The notes: generated from the sequence alone by a model not told the origin. Numbered from the stretch's first letter, positions 11,210 to 21,381 are shown. The stretch: 64,000 nt of DNA from Bacillota bacterium (GCA_023396095.1 JAEWXG010000012.1:253365-317364); one strand, 5' to 3'. Made by a program: numbers and translations.

Positions 11210-12244
11210 TCATATTGCTTTTGAAATTAAACAATCCAATCCTTCTGTTTCTTTATATCCTAAAACCTTATTCATATTTTGAACCGCTTGCCCAGCAGCC
11301 CCTTTAACCAAGTTATCTATTGCAGTCATTATTATTAGTGTTTTAGTTCTTTCTTCAACATAGAAAGAAATATCACAGTAATTTGTCATTTTTACATAGC
11401 GGATGTTAGGATATACTCCTTCTGGTAAAAGTCTTATAAACGGTTTATCTCTATATTCTTTAAGATATAAGTTTTTTATATCTTCAAACTTTATTAACTC
11501 ATTTAATTTAATATATATTGTTGATTCAATACCACGCGTTACAGGCAATAAATGTGGAGTAAAAGTAACAGTATATTGCTTGCTCGACATTTTATTTATT
11601 TCCTGCTCGATTTCTGGAATATGTCTGTGAGTGCCAACTTTATATGGCTGAAAAGACTCGTTACAAAAAACAAATAAATTATTTTCAACTAGAGATTTTC
11701 CTGCTCCACTTACTCCAGACTTACTATCGACTATGATATGTTCCCCTATGTTATTTAAATTTTTTATGACTGGATACAAACCTAAAATAATACTCGTAGG
11801 ATAGCATCCGGGATTAGCTATTAATTTCTTTTGATAAACATCTGACAACTCAGGAATCGAATATACTTTACCTTTGTGTGTCTCTTTATATTTATATTCA
11901 CTTCCATACCATTTTTGATACATCTCTTCTGAGTCAAGTCTGAAATCTGATCCCAAATCTATAACATATTTGCTGCTAGAAATTTTAGATACAATTTCTT
12001 CTGATTTTAATGCCGGTAATGATATAAAAATAACATCCGCTTTTTCTATTAACTCTTCTTTTGATATCAACACATAATCATTTAAATTGCTAAATGAAGG
12101 ATAGATGTTTTTTATATCTAGCCCCTCATTATGTTCAGAAGATAAATAAATTTTTGAAACTTGTGGATGCTTTAAGAGTATTGAAAATAATTCCACACCA
12201 GCCAGCCCCGTTGCTCCTATTATTCCAACATTAATTTTGCTCAT
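11210..12244 (-). CDS. argC: N-acetyl-gamma-glutamyl-phosphate reductase
   Basis: Active-site motif ANPGCYPTS and N-terminal NAD loop GIIGATGLAG. Confidence 0.93.
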   Translation of the reverse strand: MSKINVGIIGATGLAGVELFSILLKHPQVSKIYLSSEHNEGLDIKNIYPSFSNLNDYVLISKEELIEKADVIFISLPALKSEEIVSKISSSKYVIDLGSDFRLDSEEMYQKWYGSEYKYKETHKGKVYSIPELSDVYQKKLIANPGCYPTSIILGLYPVIKNLNNIGEHIIVDSKSGVSGAGKSLVENNLFVFCNESFQPYKVGTHRHIPEIEQEINKMSSKQYTVTFTPHLLPVTRGIESTIYIKLNELIKFEDIKNLYLKEYRDKPFIRLLPEGVYPNIRYVKMTNYCDISFYVEERTKTLIIMTAIDNLVKGAAGQAVQNMNKVLGYKETEGLDCLISKAI

Positions 12245-13613
12245 TTTTTAACATCTCCTCATTAAATTTAATTTGTTCTTCTACGGATAAATATGATGTG
12301 CTTCCTTTACTCTTTTTATTAGCAATTGATTTTTTGATATCTAAATATTCGAATATATCCGCTTTGATTAACGAAGAAAAGCCCTTATATTCTTCTAAAG
12401 TAATTTCATTTAGTTCTAAAGAATTCTGTATTGCATAATTAACAATTTTCCCTGTTATTTTATGTGCGTCTCTAAAAGGCATTCCTTTTTTAGCAAGATA
12501 ATCTGCAATTTCAGTTGCTAAAATGTAACCACTTTTACAACCCTCATACATGTTGTCCGCTTTAAAAGTTATCGTTTCTAACATTGGGGCTAAAATTCCC
12601 AAACAATCTTTTACTGTATTAATCGATGCAAAAATAATTTCTTTATCTTCTTGCATGTCTTTATTGTATGACAAAGGTAGCCCTTTCATAACAGTCAACA
12701 TAGCTACCAAATTTCCATAAACTTTTCCGCTTTTCCCGCGTATTAGCTCAAACATATCCGGATTCTTTTTCTGTGGCATTATGCTTGACCCTGTAGAAAA
12801 GGCGTCATCAATTTCAATAAAATTAAATTCGCTTGTAGACCACAAAATCATTTCTTCCGACAATCTTGATAGGTGCATCATTATAAGTGACATGTCCGCT
12901 AAAAATTCAATAATATAGTCACGATCCGCTACTGTATCCAGACTGTTTCTGGTTATATCTTTAAAACCTAAAAGATCTGCTACTAAATTTCTATCAATAT
13001 TGTATGAAGTTCCACCCAATGCTGCCGCTCCAAGTGGCATCTCATTTGCTATATTATATGCATTTTGCAAACGTTTCATATCGCGGTTTAACATCTCAAC
13101 ATATGCTAATAAGTGATGGGATAATAAAACAGGTTGAGCGTGTTGTAAATGTGTATAGCCAGGCATTACAATATCCTTATTTGTCTTGGCAATTTTTAAA
13201 AGCACTTCTATATTCTTCTTTAATAGGCTCTTGATGTTTTTCATCTCTTTTAGTATGTACATTTTAACATCCACTTGCACTTGATCATTTCTGCTGCGTG
13301 CTGTGTGCATCTTCTTCCCTACATCACCAACCTTTTCGACTAATTGTTTTTCAATAAAAACGTGTATGTCTTCTTCGTTTTCATCGATAATCATATTCCC
13401 TTTCGAAATATCTAAACAAATAGATTTTAGCCCTTTTATAATTATGTCTGCCTCGCCATCTGTTATTATGTTATTTAAAGCAAGCATCGTAACGTGTGCA
13501 ATACTAGCAGAAATATCTTCGAAATATAATTTAGAATCAATTTTAATAGATGAATTAAATTCATTGGCTATTTTCGCTGTTTCCTTATTAAAACGCCCAT
13601 CCCAAACTTTCAT
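12231..13613 (-). CDS. argH: argininosuccinate lyase
   Basis: Motifs GYTHLQHAQPV and GSSIMPQKKNPD (fumarate-lyase signature). The start could be 13613 (MKVWDGRF) or 13622. Confidence 0.93.
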   Translation of the reverse strand: MKVWDGRFNKETAKIANEFNSSIKIDSKLYFEDISASIAHVTMLALNNIITDGEADIIIKGLKSICLDISKGNMIIDENEEDIHVFIEKQLVEKVGDVGKKMHTARSRNDQVQVDVKMYILKEMKNIKSLLKKNIEVLLKIAKTNKDIVMPGYTHLQHAQPVLLSHHLLAYVEMLNRDMKRLQNAYNIANEMPLGAAALGGTSYNIDRNLVADLLGFKDITRNSLDTVADRDYIIEFLADMSLIMMHLSRLSEEMILWSTSEFNFIEIDDAFSTGSSIMPQKKNPDMFELIRGKSGKVYGNLVAMLTVMKGLPLSYNKDMQEDKEIIFASINTVKDCLGILAPMLETITFKADNMYEGCKSGYILATEIADYLAKKGMPFRDAHKITGKIVNYAIQNSLELNEITLEEYKGFSSLIKADIFEYLDIKKSIANKKSKGSTSYLSVEEQIKFNEEMLKNEQN

Positions 13614-13622
13614 ATTCACCAA

Positions 13623-14831
13623 CTACTTATTCTTTTTATTCAATAAAGCCTCAACTTTTATAGGCAACCCAAATAAATTTATGAATCCTTCTGAATCTTT
13701 TTGATTATAGGAATGATCTTCTCCAAAAGTGGCAATATCTTCACTGTAAAGCGAATATTTTGATTCAAGCCCTGCGGAAATAATATTCCCCTTGTACAAT
13801 TTCATTTTCACTACACCTGTCACTTTCTCTTGTGTTATATCAACAAATTTATCAAGTGCTTTCTTTAAAGTAGTGAACCATTGTCCGTTATATACAATTT
13901 CTGCATATTTTTGCGCAACTAGCGACTTATAGTGCAAAGTTTCTTTGTCTAGACATATCTGTTCTAAAAGTTCATGCGCTTTATATAAAATTGTCCCTCC
14001 TGGAGTTTCATATACACCTCTAGACTTCATTCCAACAAGACGATTTTCTACAATGTCTGTTACGCCTATACCATGCTTGCCGCCAATTTTATTTAATGTC
14101 TCTAACATTTCAACTGGTTTCATTTTCTTGTTGTTAATAGCAATAGGAATACCTTTTAAAAACTCAATAGTTAAATATTCCGCTTCATTTGGAGCTTCTT
14201 CTAATGTAGAAGTAATTTCTAAAATTTTCTTATAATTAGGTTCATTTGCTATATTCTCTAAATCTAGCCCCTCGTGAGACAAATGCCAAATATTTTTATC
14301 TTTTGAATAATTAGTTTCCTTAGTAATAGAAAGCTTTATTCCATGCTTCTCCGCATACTCGATTTCTTCTTCTCTAGATTTAATATTCCAAATACGCCAA
14401 GGCGCAATAATTTTCATCTCTGGAGCTAATGCCTTTATAGTTAATTCAAATCTTACTTGATCATTCCCCTTCCCGGTGCATCCGTGTACAATTGCATCAG
14501 CCTTTTCTTTTTCTGCTATCTCCACAAGCCCTTTTGCTATAATAGGACGAGCAAAACTAGTACCTAGCAAATAATTTTCGTAAATAGCACCAGCTTTCAT
14601 TGTTGGATAAATATAATCTTTAATAAAATCTTCCTTTAAATCTAACTCATAATACTTGCTTGCCCCTGTTTTTAATGCCTTCTCTTTTAATCCTTTTAAT
14701 TCGTCTCCTTGTCCAACATCACCAACTACGGCAACAACTTCACAGTTATATGTCTCCTTTAACCAACTTATAATAATAGATGTATCTAGCCCTCCTGAAT
14801 ATGCTAAAACAACTTTCTTTATGTCACTCAT
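13623..14831 (-). CDS. argG: argininosuccinate synthase
   Basis: Motifs AYSGGLDTS and [13 protein letters not shown]. The ORF-track start at 14885 is an upstream in-frame extension. The ATG at 14831 ([14 protein letters not shown]) follows a GGAGGTAATAGAA RBS. Confidence 0.93.
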   Translation of the reverse strand: MSDIKKVVLAYSGGLDTSIIISWLKETYNCEVVAVVGDVGQGDELKGLKEKALKTGASKYYELDLKEDFIKDYIYPTMKAGAIYENYLLGTSFARPIIAKGLVEIAEKEKADAIVHGCTGKGNDQVRFELTIKALAPEMKIIAPWRIWNIKSREEEIEYAEKHGIKLSITKETNYSKDKNIWHLSHEGLDLENIANEPNYKKILEITSTLEEAPNEAEYLTIEFLKGIPIAINNKKMKPVEMLETLNKIGGKHGIGVTDIVENRLVGMKSRGVYETPGGTILYKAHELLEQICLDKETLHYKSLVAQKYAEIVYNGQWFTTLKKALDKFVDITQEKVTGVVKMKLYKGNIISAGLESKYSLYSEDIATFGEDHSYNQKDSEGFINLFGLPIKVEALLNKKNK

Positions 14832-14856
14832 TTCTATTACCTCCAACGTTGCTACT

Positions 14857-14885
14857 ATTATATGCGTTGTTTTTGTATAAATCAA
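14857..14885 (-). promoter_or_regulatory. candidate sigma-A promoter of the arg operon
   Basis: The minus strand reads TTGATT-17 nt-TATAAT about 25 nt upstream of the argG ATG at 14831. Confidence 0.5.
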
Positions 14886-14946
14886 GTATTTTATGCATAT
14901 TTTTTAAATTTATTCAAAAATATAATGTTTTATGCATTTTATGCAT
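14886..14946 (-). promoter_or_regulatory. candidate ArgR/AhrC operator (ARG-box-like repeats)
   Basis: A perfect inverted repeat TGCAT-TTT-ATGCA lies at 14933-14945. A degenerate copy (GTATTTTATGCAT) lies at 14886-14898 and abuts the -35. ATGCAT occurs three times in 55 nt. The shape is similar to the ARG box TGAAT-W4-ATTCA. Confidence 0.4.
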
Positions 14947-14990
14947 AATTTAATTCATTTATTGTTTATTTTTCTTGATAAATTTTTCAT

Positions 14991-15025
14991 AAAAAAAGGC
15001 TAATTTTGCAATTAGCCTTTTTTTA
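14991..15025. terminator. bidirectional rho-independent terminator after rplQ
   Basis: AAAAAAAGGCTAATT-TTGC-AATTAGCCTTTTTTT: a 9-bp perfect stem flanked by an A-run and a T-run. Confidence 0.85.
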
Positions 15026-15038
15026 CTTTTAAAAATTA

Positions 15039-15539
15039 TTATATCAATTCTATAATAGCCATTTCTGCAGCATCTCCGCGTCTTACACCTAGTCTCATGA
15101 TTCTTGTATAGCCGCCGTTGCTACCTTTTTCTTTTTTCTCATTATATTTAACAGCATATTCAGCATAAAGCTTTTCAATTAAAGGATGTTGTATATTACC
15201 TTTTCTTTTCTTAAATTCACTCTTGCTTTCATCCTTTGCCTTTACTTCTTGTAAATCTCTTAAGTATGACATCATCTTTCTTCTTGCTGCTAACTTCTTA
15301 GGTCCATCGATAGTTACTTGCTCTTGAACCTTTTCACCTTTCTCATTTACTTTTTCTTTTGTTACTACAACTGTATCATTAACAGTATTCATTGCTAAAG
15401 TAATCATTTTTTCAGCAATAGGTCTAACCTCTTTTGCTTTTTCTAATGTTGTTTCCAACTTGCCAAACCACAATAAATCGGAAACTTGATTTCTTAACAA
15501 TGCTACTCTCTCTTTAGCTGGTCTTCCTAACTTTCTCAT
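15039..15539 (-). CDS. rplQ: 50S ribosomal protein L17 (long form with internal insertions)
   Basis: RKLGRPAKERVALLRN...GGYTRIMRLGVRRGDAAEMAIIELI. The protein is 166 aa, versus about 120 in Bacillus. Confidence 0.95.
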   Translation of the reverse strand: MRKLGRPAKERVALLRNQVSDLLWFGKLETTLEKAKEVRPIAEKMITLAMNTVNDTVVVTKEKVNEKGEKVQEQVTIDGPKKLAARRKMMSYLRDLQEVKAKDESKSEFKKRKGNIQHPLIEKLYAEYAVKYNEKKEKGSNGGYTRIMRLGVRRGDAAEMAIIELI

Positions 15540-15542
15540 GCA

Positions 15543-16505
15543 TTAATTCTCCTTTTCCTTGCTACCTTTAAAAGACTTACCCATCTCTTTAAGCTTATTG
15601 TTAATTTCATCAAATGATTTAGCACCCAAATTACGTATATTTTTCATCTCATCTTCAGTTTTGCTTACCAAATCTTGTAAAGTATAAATTTTTGCTCTCA
15701 TTAAGCAATTTTGAGCTCTTTGAGATAATTGCAAATCATCAATACTAATTTCTTCCTTCTTTTCAACTTCTTCTTCCATAACTTCTGTTTGAACAGTCAT
15801 ATCAACATCTGCCTTTAGTTCGTGCAATTTTGATAACTGTTCTGTTAGGAACTTAGCTGAAATAGCAATAACATCTGTTGGCTTATATGTTCCATTAGTT
15901 TTAACTGTTAATCTCAACTCATCATAATTTAAATCTTGTCCAACACGATAAGGTGAAACTTCATAACTTGCTGCTAATACAGGAGTGAATATTGAATCTA
16001 CAGGAATAAAATCTATATCATCTGAAAAGTTTTTATGCTCAGATGCTGGTTCATATCCCCTTCCTACACCTACAGTAATTGTCATTTCTATTTTTCCACC
16101 TTCTGCAAGTGTACAAATTACATGATTAGGATTTAAAACTGATACACTATATGGAAGTTTTAAATCTCCAGCTGTAACAACTCCTGGTTGTGAAACTGCT
16201 AACTTAACTTCTTCTTTAAAATCTGATTGATAGCTATCAACTTTAAAATAAATGCCTTTAATATTTAAAACAATATCGCAAACATCTTCCTTTACGCCAA
16301 CAATTGTTGAAAATTCATTAGTTACACCTTCAATCTTTATACCGACTGCAGCTGCTCCCTCTAATGACCCTAATAGAACTCTTCTTAATGCATTTCCAAT
16401 TGTTATTCCAAATCCTCTATCTAATGGAGCAAATTTTAAAGTCGCTTCTGTATCTGTTGCGCCTTCCATTATAACTGGTTGTAATAACTTTCCTACTTTT
16501 AACAT
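15543..16505 (-). CDS. rpoA: DNA-directed RNA polymerase alpha subunit
   Basis: 320 aa. The N-terminal domain has GFGITIGNALRRVLL and the C-terminal domain has LQLSQRAQNCLMRAKIYTLQDL. Confidence 0.96.
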   Translation of the reverse strand: MLKVGKLLQPVIMEGATDTEATLKFAPLDRGFGITIGNALRRVLLGSLEGAAAVGIKIEGVTNEFSTIVGVKEDVCDIVLNIKGIYFKVDSYQSDFKEEVKLAVSQPGVVTAGDLKLPYSVSVLNPNHVICTLAEGGKIEMTITVGVGRGYEPASEHKNFSDDIDFIPVDSIFTPVLAASYEVSPYRVGQDLNYDELRLTVKTNGTYKPTDVIAISAKFLTEQLSKLHELKADVDMTVQTEVMEEEVEKKEEISIDDLQLSQRAQNCLMRAKIYTLQDLVSKTEDEMKNIRNLGAKSFDEINNKLKEMGKSFKGSKEKEN

Positions 16506-16526
16506 ATCTTATCCTCCTATAGAATC

Positions 16527-17117
16527 TTACTTAGAATACAACTCAACGATTAAGTGCTCTTTTATATCTTCCTTTATATCATCTCTTATAGGTAATTCTA
16601 CAACTTGTCCTGATAAAGTTTGATTATCAAAAGTTAACCATCCTGGTAATCCTAAAGCTGGAACTTCTTTAACAATAGTGAATATTGGTTTATCCTTTTT
16701 GTTTTCTGCAATTGCAATTACATCTCCCTTTTTAACTAAATAGGATGGAATGTTTACTCTTTTCCCATTTACTGTAATTAATCCATGATTAACAATTTGT
16801 CTTGCCATTGGACGAGTTTTAGCAATTTTCATACGGAAAACAACGTTATCCAATCTTCTTTCCAAAAGAATTAACATGTTTTCACCTGTAATTCCTCTCA
16901 TTCTTTCAGCCTTTTCATAATAGTTCAAGAATTGCTTTTCTAAAACGCCATAAATGAATTTTACTTTTTGCTTTTCTCTTAATTGCAAACCGTAACCTTG
17001 AACTTTTCTTCTCTTTTGTTGGCCTTTTTTATTATATTTCTTATTAAAACCTAGCTCAGAAGGATCGATTCCTAATGACCTACATCTCTTTAAAACTGGT
17101 TCTGTGTTTCTTGCCAT
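16527..17117 (-). CDS. rpsD: 30S ribosomal protein S4
   Basis: MARNTEPVLKRCRSLG...RLDNVVFR, 196 aa, located inside the alpha operon. Confidence 0.96.
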   Translation of the reverse strand: MARNTEPVLKRCRSLGIDPSELGFNKKYNKKGQQKRRKVQGYGLQLREKQKVKFIYGVLEKQFLNYYEKAERMRGITGENMLILLERRLDNVVFRMKIAKTRPMARQIVNHGLITVNGKRVNIPSYLVKKGDVIAIAENKKDKPIFTIVKEVPALGLPGWLTFDNQTLSGQVVELPIRDDIKEDIKEHLIVELYSK

Positions 17118-17137
17118 TTTTCAAATCCTCCTTTAAA

Positions 17138-17527
17138 TTACAATCTTCTCTTTTTTGGTGGGCGGCAACCATTGTGCGGAATTGGTGATACGTCTCTAAT
17201 CAAAACTGCAGCGATATCAACCGTTTGAAGAGCTCTAATTGCAGCTTCTCTACCAGCACCAGGTCCTTTAACGTATACTTCTACACTTGTTAACCCATAC
17301 TCTTTTGCCACTTTTGCTGCATCTTCTGCAACTGCTTGTGCGGCAAATGGTGTGCTTTTCTTTGATCCTCTAAGTTTCAATTTTCCAGCACTTGACCAAG
17401 ATAATGTATTTCCTTGTAAATCTGTGAAAGTAACAATTGTGTTATTTGATGAAGCATGAATATGCATACATCCTTTATCAACACGTCTGCTATCTTTCTT
17501 CTTTCTTGTTGTTTTATTAGCAGCCAT
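17138..17527 (-). CDS. rpsK: 30S ribosomal protein S11
   Basis: The segments [14 protein letters not shown] and [11 protein letters not shown] are typical of S11. Confidence 0.96.
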   Translation of the reverse strand: MAANKTTRKKKDSRRVDKGCMHIHASSNNTIVTFTDLQGNTLSWSSAGKLKLRGSKKSTPFAAQAVAEDAAKVAKEYGLTSVEVYVKGPGAGREAAIRALQTVDIAAVLIRDVSPIPHNGCRPPKKRRL

Positions 17528-17539
17528 TTATGTTACCTC

Positions 17540-17917
17540 CTATCTAACTGTCTTCTTACTGCGACTAACAGTACGCTTTGGACCTTTTCTAGTACGTGCA
17601 TTTTGTTTTGTACTTTGTCCTCTTACAGGAAGTCCTTTTCTATGACGAACTCCCCTATAACAACCTATTTCCATTAAACGTTTAATGTTTAACTTTTCAT
17701 CTCTTTTTAAATCTCCTTCAACTTCGAGATTCTTTTCAATATATTCACGGATTAAACTTACTTGGTTTTCATCCAAATCCTTAACTCTAACATCAGGACT
17801 AATCCCTGTAGCTGCAAGAATTTTATTAGATGTAACTCTTCCTATACCATAAATATAAGTTAATGCAATTTCCACTCTCTTTTCACGTGGTAAATCTACA
17901 CCAGCAATACGAGCCAT
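17540..17917 (-). CDS. rpsM: 30S ribosomal protein S13
   Basis: [26 protein letters not shown]. Confidence 0.96.
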   Translation of the reverse strand: MARIAGVDLPREKRVEIALTYIYGIGRVTSNKILAATGISPDVRVKDLDENQVSLIREYIEKNLEVEGDLKRDEKLNIKRLMEIGCYRGVRHRKGLPVRGQSTKQNARTRKGPKRTVSRSKKTVR

Positions 17918-18042
17918 TCCAAATCCTCCAAAATTTAATATTTTTTATTCCGCTTTTCGGGTAAATAAGCATATTAATTTGGAATGTTACACTTATTCAG
18001 CCGCCCCTATTTTGCGTTTATCGACATTATTTGCGAATATAT
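17918..18042 (-). promoter_or_regulatory. 5' leader of rpsM-rpsK-rpsD-rpoA-rplQ (possible r-protein autoregulatory leader)
   Basis: About 125 nt lie between the internal promoter and the rpsM ATG. They contain GAATAAG...CTTATT pairing and a GGGGCGGC tract. Confidence 0.3.
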
Positions 18043-18071
18043 ATTATATCAGCACGATATTATATAGTCAA
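18043..18071 (-). promoter_or_regulatory. internal sigma-A promoter upstream of rpsM
   Basis: The minus strand reads TTGACT-17 nt-TATAAT directly after the rpmJ stop. Confidence 0.55.
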
Positions 18072-18074
18072 TTC

Positions 18075-18191
18075 TTAACCTTGTCTTTGCTTGTGATTTT
18101 TGTACTTAGAACAAATAATCATTACTCTTCCATTTCTTTTGATAACTTTACATTTATCACACATTGGTTTTACAGATGGTCTTACTTTCAT
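18075..18191 (-). CDS. rpmJ: 50S ribosomal protein L36 (zinc-binding form)
   Basis: Below the ORF-track cutoff. Manual translation gives [38 protein letters not shown] (38 aa). A GGAGGATATAAATA RBS context lies upstream. Confidence 0.95.
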   Translation of the reverse strand: MKVRPSVKPMCDKCKVIKRNGRVMIICSKYKNHKQRQG

Positions 18192-18209
18192 TATTTATAT
18201 CCTCCAAAA

Positions 18210-18431
18210 CTAATTCTTGTTTCTCCACATGATTCTACCTTTTGTTAAATCATATGGACTCATTTCCACTTTAACCACATCCCCTTCTAGTATTTTAATA
18301 TAATTAATTCTTAATTTACCAGACAAATATGCAGTTATGACATGTCCATTTGTTAATTGGACTCTAAATTGAGTATTAGGTAATACTTCAATCACTTTTC
18401 CTTCAGCTTCGATTACATCTTCTTTTGACAA
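18210..18431 (-). CDS. infA: translation initiation factor IF-1
   Basis: [40 protein letters not shown]. The likely start is the TTG at 18431, 6 nt after GGAGGGA. The ORF-track start at 18449 is an extension. Confidence 0.93.
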   Translation of the reverse strand: MSKEDVIEAEGKVIEVLPNTQFRVQLTNGHVITAYLSGKLRINYIKILEGDVVKVEMSPYDLTKGRIMWRNKN

Positions 18432-18450
18432 AGTGTATCCCTCCAGCAAC

Positions 18451-18717
18451 TTATTTTTCTTGCAAATATTCGTTAATAACCTTGTTTATTTCCTTATCGA
18501 ATATTTGTTTATTTTCTTTTATTTTATCTGCCAATCCTTGAGCTATAAAATTGTGATCTTTTAGATGCTTAATATTTTTCATTTTCGGATTTGCAATAGT
18601 TCTCAACACGCCATCGACAACTATAACAAACTTTTCATTAACTATCTCTAAAACTATAAAATGTTTGCCTTTATCTCTTCCGGCAACAGATTCTACAATA
18701 GCCCCTTCAACAAACAT
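18451..18717 (-). CDS. KOW-domain RNA-binding protein (conserved between map and infA in Clostridia)
   Basis: 88 aa with the KOW-like segment [21 protein letters not shown]. Position supports the call. Confidence 0.75.
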   Translation of the reverse strand: MFVEGAIVESVAGRDKGKHFIVLEIVNEKFVIVVDGVLRTIANPKMKNIKHLKDHNFIAQGLADKIKENKQIFDKEINKVINEYLQEK

Positions 18718-18724
18718 ATTTACC

Positions 18725-19471
18725 TCACACTAAAGATAGTATTTCTACTCCATCATCTTTTATCAAAACAGTATTCTCATAATGTGCTGATGGCTTGCCA
18801 TCCGCAGTTACAATTGTATCGTTTTCTAAAGCTTCAACTTTATATGTCCCAAGATTAATCATAGGCTCAATGGCTAAAGTCATATTAGTAGCAACTCTCA
18901 ATCCTCGACCAGGCTCCCCGTAGTTTAAAACCATTGGATCTTCATGCAATTTTCTTCCAATCCCATGCCCCGTCAACTCTCTTACAACTCCATAGCCAAA
19001 ACTTTCCGCATAGCTTTGTATGGCATGCCCTAAATCTCCAAGTCTTACACCATTTTTTAATATTTTGATTCCCTCAAAAAAGGATTCACGTGTTACTCTA
19101 ATTAGTTGTTCCTTTTCTCTAGAAATTTGGCCCACGGCAAATGTTCTTGCGGCATCACCATTATACCCGTTAAATATTACACCGAAATCAATGGAAACAA
19201 TTTGCCCTTCCTCCAAATATCTTTTTTTAGAAGGAACACCATGCACTACCTCGTCATCTATTGAGACACAAGTATTTGCTGGAAAATCATTAACTCCATA
19301 AAAAGCTCCTTTAACGTTATTTTTAATCAAAAATTCTACAGCTATCTTCTCGATATCATAAGTAGCCATTCCTGGTTTTATTCTTTCTTCAACTAAGTTT
19401 AGAAATTCTCCGACAAGACGGTTAGCTTGTCGCATATATTCAATTTCTTGTTGGTTCTTAATTGTTATCAT
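18725..19471 (-). CDS. map: type I methionine aminopeptidase
   Basis: Metal-ligand context VVHGVP, DFGVIFNGYNGDAA, TGHGIGRKLHE and LAIEPM. Confidence 0.95.
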   Translation of the reverse strand: MITIKNQQEIEYMRQANRLVGEFLNLVEERIKPGMATYDIEKIAVEFLIKNNVKGAFYGVNDFPANTCVSIDDEVVHGVPSKKRYLEEGQIVSIDFGVIFNGYNGDAARTFAVGQISREKEQLIRVTRESFFEGIKILKNGVRLGDLGHAIQSYAESFGYGVVRELTGHGIGRKLHEDPMVLNYGEPGRGLRVATNMTLAIEPMINLGTYKVEALENDTIVTADGKPSAHYENTVLIKDDGVEILSLV

Positions 19472-20093
19472 TTATAACGCCTTTTACTTTTTCCAACACA
19501 ACATCCGGTGTTGTATTTCCGTCTATATTTTTAAAATACGATTTACCTTTATAGTAATCTAATAAAGGTTTTGTTTCTTTATCGTAAACAGCCAACCTGG
19601 TTAGAATTATTTCTTCTTTATCATCATTTCTTACTTTGAAACTACCAGCACATTTAGGGCATACTCCAGCATTACCCCATCTTCTATTGTAAATGGCTCC
19701 ACATTGAGAACATACCAACCTGTTAACAATTCTGTCTACTATTACAGCATTATCAACATCAATATTTATAACATTTGTTATTGTATCAATCTTGTCTAAC
19801 TCTTCCGCTTGTTTTATCGTTCTTGGATATCCATCTAATACATATCCATTTTTACAATCTGTTTCACTTAATCTAATTTTTATTAATTCAACAATTAAAT
19901 CATCTGGCACCAACTGTCCATTGGCAATATATTGCGAGGCCTTTTCTCCAAGTTCCGTCTTATTTTTCATATTGTCACGTAAGATATCACCAACTGAAAT
20001 ATGTTTTAAATGTAAATCTTGACACAATTCCTGCGCAAGCGTTCCTTTTCCAGCTCCTGGAGCCCCCAATAAAACTAATTTAATTATTTTCAT
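19458..20093 (-). CDS. adk: adenylate kinase (zinc-lid form)
   Basis: P-loop GAPGAGKGT. The lid has CSQCGAIY...CPKCAG. Confidence 0.95.
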   Translation of the reverse strand: MKIIKLVLLGAPGAGKGTLAQELCQDLHLKHISVGDILRDNMKNKTELGEKASQYIANGQLVPDDLIVELIKIRLSETDCKNGYVLDGYPRTIKQAEELDKIDTITNVINIDVDNAVIVDRIVNRLVCSQCGAIYNRRWGNAGVCPKCAGSFKVRNDDKEEIILTRLAVYDKETKPLLDYYKGKSYFKNIDGNTTPDVVLEKVKGVINDNN

Positions 20094-20094
20094 T

Positions 20095-21381
20095 TTACTT
20101 TAAAAACCCCTTATAATTTTTCATCATTAACTGAGTTTCTAATTGCGTGTTAAATTCCATTGCTACAGATACTACGATTAACAACCCCGTTGCCGAGAAA
20201 GCATTATTCATGTTAAGTTCTTTCCCCAAATAACGAAGTGATATGGAAACTATTAATGAAATTATTGCCAAAAATAATGCTCCAAATAAAGTTATTCTAT
20301 TGTTAATTTTAGCCAAATAGTCACTTGTTGGTTTTCCTGGTCTTACACCTATAATCATTCCACCATATTGTTGCAAATTCTTAGCAACATCCATAGGATT
20401 AAATTGAATTTGCGCATAGAAGAAAGAAAAGAATAGTATTAATAAACTTAGAAATACCATATATGGCCATTCTCCTACTCCCAAATATTTATTCCACCAA
20501 GCATAAAACTTACTTTGCGGGAAAAAGCTTGCAATCAACATCGGAAACATTAAAAATGATGAAGCGAAAATAATTGGCATTACTCCACTTGCATTAACTT
20601 TAATTGGAATGTATGTAGATTGTCCACCATACATTTTATTTCCCTTAACTTGTTTAGCATATGTTACCTTTATTCTTCTTTCTGATAAATCCACAAATGT
20701 TATAAAGAAAAACAACAATAACACTATTATCAATAAAATTGCTAAAAACCAAGCTTTAGTTGGCTCCTTTCCTATCAACTGGAATGACTTTATCATCTCA
20801 GTTGCAGCAGTAGATAAAATACCTACAAAAATAATTAAAGATGAACCGTTACCGATTCCATGCTCTGTAATTCTCTCGCCAAGCCACATAACAATGGTTG
20901 ATCCTGCTGTTAAAATTATGATTAAAAACAACCCGGTTACAGCTTCATGTCCGAAAGGTTTTAATAGAGCATCTTTCCAGCTAATAACAACACCTATTGA
21001 TTGTACTATTGCTAGTACAATTGCAATATATCTAGTAATTTGCGTTAACTTCCTTCTACCTTCATCACCTTCTCTAGATAACCTTTCTAAGCCAGGTATA
21101 ACTAAAGTTAAAAGTTGCATAATAATGAATGAGTTAATAAAAGGCAAAATTCCAAGAGAAAACAAAGTCGCTTGACTTAATGTACCTCCTGAAATAGTCG
21201 CCATTACTTGAAATAAAGTATTTTGTTGTAATGTTGTTGCCAATCCTTGAAGTTTGATAACATCCAACCCAGGAACTGGAATATATGCTCCGAGTCTAAA
21301 AATTAAAAGAAGACCAAATGTTATAAATAGTTTTCTTCTAGTTTCTTTATCCGCAAAAGCATTTACTATTGTCTTAAGCAT
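20095..21381 (-). CDS. secY: preprotein translocase subunit SecY
   Basis: 428-aa polytopic membrane protein in the canonical position between rplO and adk. Confidence 0.95.
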   Translation of the reverse strand: MLKTIVNAFADKETRRKLFITFGLLLIFRLGAYIPVPGLDVIKLQGLATTLQQNTLFQVMATISGGTLSQATLFSLGILPFINSFIIMQLLTLVIPGLERLSREGDEGRRKLTQITRYIAIVLAIVQSIGVVISWKDALLKPFGHEAVTGLFLIIILTAGSTIVMWLGERITEHGIGNGSSLIIFVGILSTAATEMIKSFQLIGKEPTKAWFLAILLIIVLLLFFFITFVDLSERRIKVTYAKQVKGNKMYGGQSTYIPIKVNASGVMPIIFASSFLMFPMLIASFFPQSKFYAWWNKYLGVGEWPYMVFLSLLILFFSFFYAQIQFNPMDVAKNLQQYGGMIIGVRPGKPTSDYLAKINNRITLFGALFLAIISLIVSISLRYLGKELNMNNAFSATGLLIVVSVAMEFNTQLETQLMMKNYKGFLK

